Of a stretch of 36,464 nt of DNA, positions 26,196-33,581 are shown piece by piece (position 1 is the first letter of the stretch; every line of letters begins with the position of its first letter). Source of the stretch: a bacterium. GTDB taxonomy: Bacteria; SZUA-182; DTGQ01. Location of the stretch: assembly GCA_040752695.1 (NCBI GenBank), contig JBFMGO010000053.1:1-36464 (forward strand), in the 5' to 3' direction. Under the pieces are notes generated by a model. It saw nothing but the letters and a program-made list of their open reading frames with translations, was not told the origin of the DNA and made no database searches. The translations under genes and the position numbers were made by a program.

Positions 26196-27830
26196 ATGAC
26201 TTTCCTTATCGCCTTTTGTGTTTCAATCCTTCTTACCTCCATTCTGGTTCCCCTCTTTATGAAGGTCGGTATACGGATGGGAATTCTCGATCAGCCTGGA
26301 GCCAGAAAAGTCCACACCCAGCCTATACCCCGAACCGGCGGCGCTGCTGTTATCATCGGGAGCCTTGTCCCTTTTATTCTCATTGTGAAAAACAGTCAGC
26401 TTCTTTTGGGGATCTGCCTCGGTGCTCTGTGCATTCTTTTGGTCGGTCTTTGCGATGATATGTGGGATATCGATTACAAGTGGAAGTTTTTCGGGCAATT
26501 CCTGGCTGCTGCAATCACTTTGCTGGTATGCAATATCAGAGTCAATACCGTTATAGAGCTTTATCATGGACTCAGCATTAACCTGAACGTGATCAGCTTT
26601 CCCTTAAGCCTGCTCTTTTTGGTTTCTATCATCAATGTCTTCAACCTAGCTGACGGATTGGACGGACTGGCGGGCGGCAGTTGTTTGCTTATCTTCTGTT
26701 GCATAGCCTTTTTCGCCTACTTCAGAGAGGAATTTCTCACGGTTGCCCTCTGCGTATGCATGATTGGTGCCATCATCGGGTTTTTGCGTTATAACACCCA
26801 CCCGGCTACCGTATTTTTAGGGGATACTGGAAGCCTCTTCCTCGGACTCATGGTAGGGGTGAGCGTGACTCTGCTCACGAGAGGGGAATGCATTTACAGC
26901 CCCGCTCTATCCCTGTATATTATCGGTGTGCCGATCATGGATACCTCCATGGTTATTCTCGAAAGGCTGATGGACCACCACCCTGTATTCAAGGCGGATA
27001 AAAACCACCTGCATCACAAGCTCATGAAAATAGGGTTCAGACACAGCGAGGCAGTGGCCATTATCTATTCCATGCAGTTTCTTATGATCCTCCTTGCCTG
27101 GAACTTGCGCTTTTGTGTGGATGGATTGCTCCTGGCGATTTATCTGTTGCTGCTGGGTGCTTTTTTGACTTTTTTCTTCCTCCATAAAAAAGGGTGTCTA
27201 TCGATCCCCCCCATCCATCGGCAGCCCGATCGAGTGGACAACACTGCAACCCTGATCAAGAGCAGATTCCCTTCCACCTCGTCGGTTAACCGGATGGCCT
27301 GGTACGGGTTAATGGCCGGAATGTTTCTCTTTGCCCTCCTCTGTCCCCTGACTGTGCGACCGCTCTCCAGAGATATCGGTATTATCTGCTGCACCCTGAT
27401 CCTGGGCATCCTCCTGCTCAAGATACTCAAAGCAGGATTAATGAAAACGACGGCAAAATTTGCAGCCTATTTTCTCAGCCTGTTCTACATCTCTTCCATG
27501 GAATCACAGACCAGTCTTTTCCCGACCGTCTTCAATATGTTATTCCTGTCAATGGGTATCTGCTACATATTCTATCTCGTCACTACAGCCGAGAGTGTCC
27601 CTGTTTCCACGATGGATTATCTGCTCCTGATAGGGGTAATCTCTATCCTCTTTGTTCCCAGGGCATACCCTGAACTTATCCATCTTAAGAATATAACGAT
27701 ACGAACTCTTTTTATGATTTTCTACATTGAACTTTTCTTCTTTAAGCTGAAAGATGAAAAGTTCTCTTTCATGCTCTGGTCTATTTTATTCACACTTGGT
27801 TTGACCTGTGCATCTGCTCTTTTGGTTTAG
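26196..27830 (+). CDS. MraY/WecA family undecaprenyl-phosphate HexNAc-1-phosphate transferase with C-terminal membrane extension
   Basis: DQPGARKVHTQPIPRTGG, GLCDD, NVFNLADGLDGLAGG, YNTHPATVFLGDTGS, ADKNHLHHKL. Confidence 0.9.
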   Translation: MTFLIAFCVSILLTSILVPLFMKVGIRMGILDQPGARKVHTQPIPRTGGAAVIIGSLVPFILIVKNSQLLLGICLGALCILLVGLCDDMWDIDYKWKFFGQFLAAAITLLVCNIRVNTVIELYHGLSINLNVISFPLSLLFLVSIINVFNLADGLDGLAGGSCLLIFCCIAFFAYFREEFLTVALCVCMIGAIIGFLRYNTHPATVFLGDTGSLFLGLMVGVSVTLLTRGECIYSPALSLYIIGVPIMDTSMVILERLMDHHPVFKADKNHLHHKLMKIGFRHSEAVAIIYSMQFLMILLAWNLRFCVDGLLLAIYLLLLGAFLTFFFLHKKGCLSIPPIHRQPDRVDNTATLIKSRFPSTSSVNRMAWYGLMAGMFLFALLCPLTVRPLSRDIGIICCTLILGILLLKILKAGLMKTTAKFAAYFLSLFYISSMESQTSLFPTVFNMLFLSMGICYIFYLVTTAESVPVSTMDYLLLIGVISILFVPRAYPELIHLKNITIRTLFMIFYIELFFFKLKDEKFSFMLWSILFTLGLTCASALLV

Positions 27831-27842
27831 AAAGGAATAAAG

Positions 27843-30257
27843 ATGCAAAAGCAACGGCTAAAATTATGTCAAGTTACTGTCCTGACTGGTATCATAATCA
27901 TATGTGCGGCTTGTGGAGGGCGTGAGGCGAGAAGGGATAAATTTTATAAAAAGGGAATGGAACTCTTTGACAAATCGGATTATGTTCGAGCCAGACTGGA
28001 GTTTAAAAATACCCTTCAGATCGATCCCAAATTTGCGGATGGCTACTATATGAGTGGCAAGTGCGAATATTACCTCAAAAATTTCAAAAAAGCTTTTGGC
28101 CTGGCCAACAAGGCAGTCGAGCTCAACCCGGAACTCCTGGAGGCCCAATTGCTCCTCGGACGGATTTATCTTCTGGCCAAAGAGTTTTCAAAAGCTGCCG
28201 AGAAGGCCGAATTTGTGCTTGCCAGGGAGCCGGAAAATATCAATGCCCTTCTCCAAATGTCCGCTGTCTATGCCTCTCAACAAAATTGGTTACAAGCCAA
28301 GGAAACAGCCGAGAAAGTGCTCGCTCTTGATAGCGAGAAGATCGAAGCGTACTTGCAGCTTGCCATGGTTCATATCAGCCAAAAAGAGCCCGACAAGGCA
28401 GAATCCATACTGAAACAGGGGCTTTCCAAAAAACCGCGGGAAACAAAACTTCTTTTGTTACTGGGCGATCTTTATACTGACAAGCAAAAGCTGGATGCAG
28501 CCGAGGAAACATTTAAAAAAGTCACCGAGATCAATCCTGATAACATGGATTACTATCTTATCCTCGCTGAATTTTACCAGCGCTTTCATAAAACGAAAGA
28601 AGCGAAAAGAGTTTTAAGCGAGATGATAGCTAAAAATCCCAAAAAGGAGGAATATCAGATTCTCCTGGCCAGACTCTACGCTGCTGAGGGAACGTTGGAT
28701 AATGCAGAAAAAGCCCTGCAAGAGGGCATCAAAAATATATCTCCCGGTTATAAGCTGCGCCTTGAGCTGGTTAAGCTGTATAAAGAGAACCAAAGGACCG
28801 ACGAAGCAGTGAAGCTTTTAAAAGATACCTTCCAGATAGATCCCGAGAAGGAAGAATCCCTGAATGCACTCAGCCAGCTTGCAGCGCTCTACCTGGATCA
28901 GAATAAACCTGCATTAGCCATGGAGCAACTGAAAACCGTCCTGGGAAAGAATCCAAAGGATTTCCGGGCCCATTTTATACGGGGCCAGATATTCCTGAAA
29001 GAGAAAAAAGGACTGGAAGCAGTTGAAGAATTCAGATATTGCCTTAACGAGGAGCCCAATAACATACTGGCCCACGACCAATTAGCCAGAGCGCATCTTT
29101 TAAATAAAGAAGAGAGCCTGGCCGTGGATTATTTCAAAAAAACCCTGGCACTTGAGCCGGGATTTCGTCCGTCGCTCGATGCCCTCATCGATATGCACCT
29201 GAAGAAAGGTGCCTTGCAGGAGGCCATTGATCAGCTCACAGCGACTGTCGAAAAGCGACCGAACAATGTCTACGCTACCGGCAAACTGGGAGATATCTAC
29301 TTCCAGAAAGGGGATACAGCCAATGCGGAAAAATATTACCGCCGTGTGCTTGCACTGGACCCGAATAACTACAGCGCTCACTACCGGCTCGGGATTGTCG
29401 CCAGTACCCAGAACAATCACGAACAGGCTACGGAAGAGTTCGAAGTAGTGCTGGGGGCCTACCCGCGATCTCTGAGCACCCTGGGGATGCTGGTAAATGC
29501 CCTGATGAAGGAAAATAAATCGGATGAGGCACTCCGAAAATGCAGGGAGTATCTTAAGGATTCTTCCAGCGATTTTGCCATTTATGACCTTATAGGCCGT
29601 ATTTACAAGGCAAGAGGAGACAAAGACCAGGCGAAGGATGCCTTTGAACAGGCTATCAATATACGCCCGGACTGGCTCCCCCCCTACCTGGATCTCAGGA
29701 AACTCTATCAGACAAAAGACATGCTCGAAGAGGGGATAGAATGCTTTGGCACTATCGGGAAGAGGCATCCCCAGCAACCCTATCCGGGCTATATGATCGG
29801 GTCCTTGTATTTCATCGACGGCCAATATGAAAAGGCCAGGGATGCCTTTGAAAACGTTATCCAGGCATTCCCGGAATTCAGCCTGGCCGCTAATGACCTG
29901 GCCTATATCTACGCTGAATACTTTCCCTCAAAGGAAAATTTAGAGAGAGCCGAGCAGATTGCAAGCAAGGCAACGAAAGATTACCCCAAGTGGCCTCCCG
30001 TCATGGATACCCTGGGTTGGGTCTATTATAAGAAAGGAGATTATAAAAAGGGGATCGATACTTTTGCAAAAATGGACCTGGAAAAACTGAATGATCCAGC
30101 CTATTCCTATCATGCAGGAATGTGCTACCTGAGTGATGGTGATCTGAAGAAGGCTCAGGAGCTTTTCACGAAGGCGGCTGAGGCAGAGGGGAATGCACCC
30201 GAAAATGAAAAGGCCAGAAGAGAACTGGAAAAACTGAAAGGGAAGGCAAAATTATAA
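27843..30257 (+). CDS. Tetratricopeptide-repeat lipoprotein (PrsT-like, exosortase/EPS-associated)
   Basis: Lipoprotein-type signal ending ICAACGG, ARLEFKNTLQIDP, TPR motifs throughout, and terminal AANDLAY..MDTLGWVYYKKG..YHAGM. Confidence 0.85.
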   Translation: MQKQRLKLCQVTVLTGIIIICAACGGREARRDKFYKKGMELFDKSDYVRARLEFKNTLQIDPKFADGYYMSGKCEYYLKNFKKAFGLANKAVELNPELLEAQLLLGRIYLLAKEFSKAAEKAEFVLAREPENINALLQMSAVYASQQNWLQAKETAEKVLALDSEKIEAYLQLAMVHISQKEPDKAESILKQGLSKKPRETKLLLLLGDLYTDKQKLDAAEETFKKVTEINPDNMDYYLILAEFYQRFHKTKEAKRVLSEMIAKNPKKEEYQILLARLYAAEGTLDNAEKALQEGIKNISPGYKLRLELVKLYKENQRTDEAVKLLKDTFQIDPEKEESLNALSQLAALYLDQNKPALAMEQLKTVLGKNPKDFRAHFIRGQIFLKEKKGLEAVEEFRYCLNEEPNNILAHDQLARAHLLNKEESLAVDYFKKTLALEPGFRPSLDALIDMHLKKGALQEAIDQLTATVEKRPNNVYATGKLGDIYFQKGDTANAEKYYRRVLALDPNNYSAHYRLGIVASTQNNHEQATEEFEVVLGAYPRSLSTLGMLVNALMKENKSDEALRKCREYLKDSSSDFAIYDLIGRIYKARGDKDQAKDAFEQAINIRPDWLPPYLDLRKLYQTKDMLEEGIECFGTIGKRHPQQPYPGYMIGSLYFIDGQYEKARDAFENVIQAFPEFSLAANDLAYIYAEYFPSKENLERAEQIASKATKDYPKWPPVMDTLGWVYYKKGDYKKGIDTFAKMDLEKLNDPAYSYHAGMCYLSDGDLKKAQELFTKAAEAEGNAPENEKARRELEKLKGKAKL

Positions 30258-30335
30258 TTCTGATAATCCTGATACCCCTGGTAACCCTGATGACCATGGT
30301 TACCGGGGTTACCAGGGTACCCATGGCAACCATGA
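30255..30335. repeat. Degenerate 9-bp tandem repeat x9 that also forms a long inverted repeat
   Basis: taattctga taatcctga tacccctgg taaccctga tgaccatgg ttaccgggg ttaccaggg tacccatgg caaccatga. Arms CCCTGGTAACCC (30276-30287) and GGGTTACCAGGG (30306-30317). Confidence 0.85.
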
Positions 30336-30413
30336 GCCGAAAGATAGCACTGGATGCTCGGCATCGAAAGATAGCCCTAAACGGCTGAAAGTAACGGAAG
30401 GAGGAGATTGCAG

Positions 30414-31172
30414 GTGAAAAATTCTAAAATATTTCTAGAATTTTACACGGTTCTTTATATCATCCTGATCGTTTCAACCAGTAGCTATGCAATACCAACC
30501 CTGAGACTCTACTGCCCTGATATCCACCATGATCACTACGAAGAGAATACATCTTGTGCCCCCTTTGATGAAGATATCCTCATTTCAGATCCCTCTTTTA
30601 CTCTCCAGGCATTGTTTTACCTTCCGAAAAAGAATGCTCCTGATGTAGTAAAGCAGGACTTTTACCTTACCTGTGCTCTGGTGGGTCTGAATGGAACAAA
30701 GGTAAGCAACTCACCGTGCCCTTTTTCCGTAAGCGTTAACAATAGTAATTACAGCTCAGACAGTTTCTCCTTTGGGCAGCCGATCGGCATACACTCGCAT
30801 GGCGTATTCAATACCTATTATACCCAAATATTATTCAATTTCGATGAAACTGACTTTACACCCGATGGAATTTTCGATAATCAAGACCCTCTGGCCAATA
30901 CTGAGGCGGGGTATATCCATACGTTTGATATCAGTTTAAACGGCTTGAATAAAAAGTATGGAGTGCTCTTCGACCTTTCCCCCTGCGATATATATAAGGG
31001 GGAAAAAGATATTGCCTTTGCTGCACTCTCGCGTGATAGATCATTGCTCTTTGATCAAGACACCATTGTTCCTCTCCCAAGCTCCCTTCTCCTCTTGTTC
31101 GTCGGCTTCGTTAGCATAGCCGCTTTTAAGGGAAAATTAAACGGAAAAACAATAAATCGCAACCTGCACTGA
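30414..31172 (+). CDS. Exosortase-sorted surface protein (VPLP-CTERM), choice-of-anchor-N-like domain
   Basis: Signal peptide ending SYA-IPTLRLY, HGVFNTYY motif, C-terminal VPLPSSLLLLFVGFVSIAAF-KGK. GGAGGAG at 30400-30406 fits GTG 30414 better than TTG 30408. The domain name is from recall. Confidence 0.75.
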   Translation: MKNSKIFLEFYTVLYIILIVSTSSYAIPTLRLYCPDIHHDHYEENTSCAPFDEDILISDPSFTLQALFYLPKKNAPDVVKQDFYLTCALVGLNGTKVSNSPCPFSVSVNNSNYSSDSFSFGQPIGIHSHGVFNTYYTQILFNFDETDFTPDGIFDNQDPLANTEAGYIHTFDISLNGLNKKYGVLFDLSPCDIYKGEKDIAFAALSRDRSLLFDQDTIVPLPSSLLLLFVGFVSIAAFKGKLNGKTINRNLH

Positions 31173-31238
31173 CACATACTCTCTCCTGCCCCTACCCCTC
31201 TTGCTGCCTTTGCTCAAGTTTTAATCCTTCTCACCTGT

Positions 31239-31290
31239 ACTGCTTTCGAGATCTTACCTGAAAGACTGCTTTCGAGACTGTGCCTGAAAG
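31239..31290. repeat. 26-bp tandem duplication
   Basis: ACTGCTTTCGAGA-tctta-CCTGAAAG followed by ACTGCTTTCGAGA-ctgtg-CCTGAAAG. Confidence 0.85.
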
Positions 31291-31308
31291 CTCTCTCTTG
31301 AAGGGTTC

Positions 31309-31355
31309 AAAAAAGCTAAGCACCTTCCCGCTCGATGAGGGAAGGCGCTTAGCTT
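31309..31355 (-). terminator. Intrinsic terminator-like hairpin, minus orientation
   Basis: On the minus strand: AAGCTAAGC-G-CCTTCCC, 9-nt loop, GGGAAGG-T-GCTTAGC then TTTTTT. The single mismatch is a G-U pair only on this strand. Confidence 0.65.
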
Positions 31356-31554
31356 GCCAATACTCCCCCTCAATTCATTATCCCTGTTCTCCTTCTCTGA
31401 TAAGATGTATGATTTACATCGATTATGCATCACCGTTAATACATTACAATTAATTCATCATTTCCGATTACCGGGGCCAGGATCGCCGCATACACACGCG
31501 ACCAGTCACCTCCACCCTTTGTATTCCCTAGAGCGGTTTTTCTGTGTGATCAGG

Positions 31555-31604
31555 CTCCATCTTTTCTGCCCTCCAGTTTTTCTGCCCCCCCCAGTTTTTC
31601 TGCC
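31555..31604. repeat. 16-18-bp tandem repeat x3 (CTCCAGTTTTTCTGCC)
   Basis: ctccatcttttctgcc ctccagtttttctgcc ccccccagtttttctgcc. Confidence 0.85.
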
Positions 31605-32002
31605 CTCCCCTTTCCAAAGGCATTTGCTACTCCTCCATTCGTAAAGGGGACGGGGGAGGGGATTTTCAACATCAGGAACACACCTTTTGAAAACCGGCCG
31701 TAACAAGAAAAGGTCTTGCGCTTATTTTAACCACATTGATCACAAGTCCCTGATAAGGGCTGTGTTATTTCCGGACAGAGGGCCTGGAGGGAGGGGCTTT
31801 ATGAATGAGCAGCCATAAAATGAAGAGTACTGTTCTTCACAGAGGAGATGGAACTGTTGAGCAATTTTCGAGCTCTTAGCACACTGGGCCAGAATGCCCT
31901 GGCAGTTATTGAAAATGGAGTGGGCATTTCTCGAACATCCTTTTTCATGACCGCTCATGGGGCCTTTCTTCCTACTAAAAGGGGAGTAGACCACCCTTAA
32001 AG

Positions 32003-32038
32003 AAAAAAGGGTAAGAGTCATTGTTGACTCTTACCCTT
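32003..32038 (-). terminator. Intrinsic terminator of the 32853-32083 gene
   Basis: Perfect 14-bp stem AAGGGTAAGAGTCA/TGACTCTTACCCTT with a 4-nt loop. The A-tract at 32003-32008 gives a U-tract on the minus strand, about 45 nt after the stop. Confidence 0.85.
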
Positions 32039-32082
32039 GACTATCTTCTAACAGTTGTTTATTCGTTAGGATAGGGAACTGC

Positions 32083-32853
32083 TTAATTAGATAAGTTAAA
32101 TTTTTTCTTGATCCCTACCATTCCAACCAGACCAAAGAGGAGGAGTACGCCGGCAGGCGGTATGGGAACAGCGTTAATCTCTGTCGATCCATTTAAGCTT
32201 ACGCTGTCATGGGGAGAAAGGGTAAGGTCTATATCAACGATTAATGAAGCCCATGTCCCATCTGAATAAGGACCTGCTATCGGACCTACGTTAATTGCCG
32301 GACCTGCATAGGATTTTGTGGTACTAAAACCAGTGGCGTCAAAACCAACATTATCAATGTCAATGCCCAACGAGATCGTACTTCCACCCGAGGTAATAAT
32401 AGAGCTCTTTTGAATATAACTTCCCGGAGCTACCGGCTTTACATGAATACCATTGGCCTGGCCATCCGTATAGCTGTAAGATAAAGAGGAACTCACCGTA
32501 GTTGGGTTAACCGGTATGGTTATTGGAATTGGTGCCGTTGTGAAATGGTATGTTTGAACGCTATTGGAATTGTTCGTAAAGCCAACAGCAAAGATAAGCA
32601 ATGCATCAGGGTCAGTTGAGCTCTTGAAACTTAATGTCCCGCCATCGAAAATACTTTCAGCCGAATATATTGTCCCATCACCCTCGTTCATGACATCTAA
32701 TGGGATTTCTGTTGTCACGGAATCGCTGCTGCTGGTAAAGACAGTTAATGCCAAAGATGGACCAACAGTTGTAGCTTTGGCATTCGATACTAAAACACCC
32801 AGAAGCGCAAGGACTGAAAGCATCGAAACTGAAACGAGTCTTACTTTATTCAT
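32083..32853 (-). CDS. Exosortase-sorted surface protein (VPIP-CTERM), S/T/G-rich beta-strand domain of unknown function
   Basis: ATG 32853 with AAGGGAG upstream gives signal peptide MNKVRLVSVSMLSVLALLGVLVSNAKA. C-terminus AVPIPPAGVLLLFGLVGMVGI-KKK. The ORF track's start at 32925 is probably too long. Confidence 0.85.
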   Translation of the reverse strand: MNKVRLVSVSMLSVLALLGVLVSNAKATTVGPSLALTVFTSSSDSVTTEIPLDVMNEGDGTIYSAESIFDGGTLSFKSSTDPDALLIFAVGFTNNSNSVQTYHFTTAPIPITIPVNPTTVSSSLSYSYTDGQANGIHVKPVAPGSYIQKSSIITSGGSTISLGIDIDNVGFDATGFSTTKSYAGPAINVGPIAGPYSDGTWASLIVDIDLTLSPHDSVSLNGSTEINAVPIPPAGVLLLFGLVGMVGIKKKFNLSN

Positions 32854-33126
32854 AAGTTTTTTTCTCCCTTTGGGTGGATCAGGTAAAAAAGGTGAATCGT
32901 CTCCGTTGGAAAAATCCATAACCAATTTTCTTACTTAATCTTTAATCACCCCTTTTTCAAACAATCTTGACTGTTATAGTGATTGATAAGAAAAGCTAAC
33001 ACGGCTTGGACTCTCTTCATTAAAATAAGCTCCAGGCATTCTCTTAGGTGCCTTCTCCCTCTTGCAGAAACTCTTCGCACTCCTTTCCTGCCGGTTATTG
33101 CCTGGCAGTAATTGGTCAGAGAAATG

Positions 33127-33142
33127 AGCAAAATCCATGCCA
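33127..33142 (-). promoter_or_regulatory. Sigma54 (-24/-12) promoter
   Basis: Minus strand TGGCATGGATTTTGCT = GG-N10-GC with TGGCA and TTGC boxes. Confidence 0.75.
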
Positions 33143-33252
33143 CTTTTTTCTACCATTCTTTCAGTAAAAAGTGAGCGATGGTGTATAAAAGATATGAGCA
33201 GTGTCATAAAAAATCGTAGTCTTCTCACAGCAGCAGGGGTAAGTAATATTAA

Positions 33253-33265
33253 AATCAACAAATTA
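33253..33265. promoter_or_regulatory. Possible IHF-binding site
   Basis: AATCAACAAATTA matches WATCAA-N4-TTR, in AT-rich DNA upstream of the sigma54 promoter. Confidence 0.4.
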
Positions 33266-33581
33266 ATTCGACATATCAACATATCATTTACCCCCCGATC
33301 GAGTTAATAAGGCTATCTCAAAGACCCCATTTCAAGAGATAGAGGTATTTATTGCAGGATGTTTTAAGATCAGGGTTAAGAGCCCGATTTCCTAAAACAT
33401 TCTGCTGCCAAAACAGCTTCAAGGAGACTCTTTTGGTAATCCGAACTCAAGGCCATGTCCTTCCCGAAAAGGTACCGATAAGCCATAAGGCCTGTTCGAA
33501 TGTTCACTCTGGGGACACGTGCTGCTGTTCATTAAAAGAGCAGATAATGGTGCTCGCCTGAAGAATACAGGACGAAAGGTA

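Noticed and set aside
29100..29825. 241-aa minus-strand ORF (likewise 18953-19618, 14299-14769, 25028-25501)
   Set aside because: These are antisense shadows of confident genes with no family signal.
30255..30335. Repeat arrays (also 20491-20557 and 31239-31290) as possible CRISPR arrays
   Set aside because: The units are contiguous and short, there are no unique ~30-nt spacers, and no cas genes are present.
30155..30364. Minus-strand ORF with GYP/GNP/GYQ triplets
   Set aside because: It is a by-product of the 9-bp array, overlaps the TPR gene end antisense, and has no RBS evidence.
31354..31644. 96-aa + ORF, and overlapping 31506-31706 and 31740-32021 minus ORFs
   Set aside because: Low-complexity or repeat-derived translations with no recognisable domain. 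One starts inside a terminator stem.
32564..32938. 124-aa + ORF
   Set aside because: It is antisense to the VPIP-CTERM gene, which has a signal peptide, sorting tail, promoter and terminator.
32854..33115. Cyclic-di-GMP or other known riboswitch in the long leaders
   Set aside because: The GEMM-type GGCAAA..GAAA..GACGCAAA pattern was not found by eye. An Rfam scan would be needed to exclude other classes.
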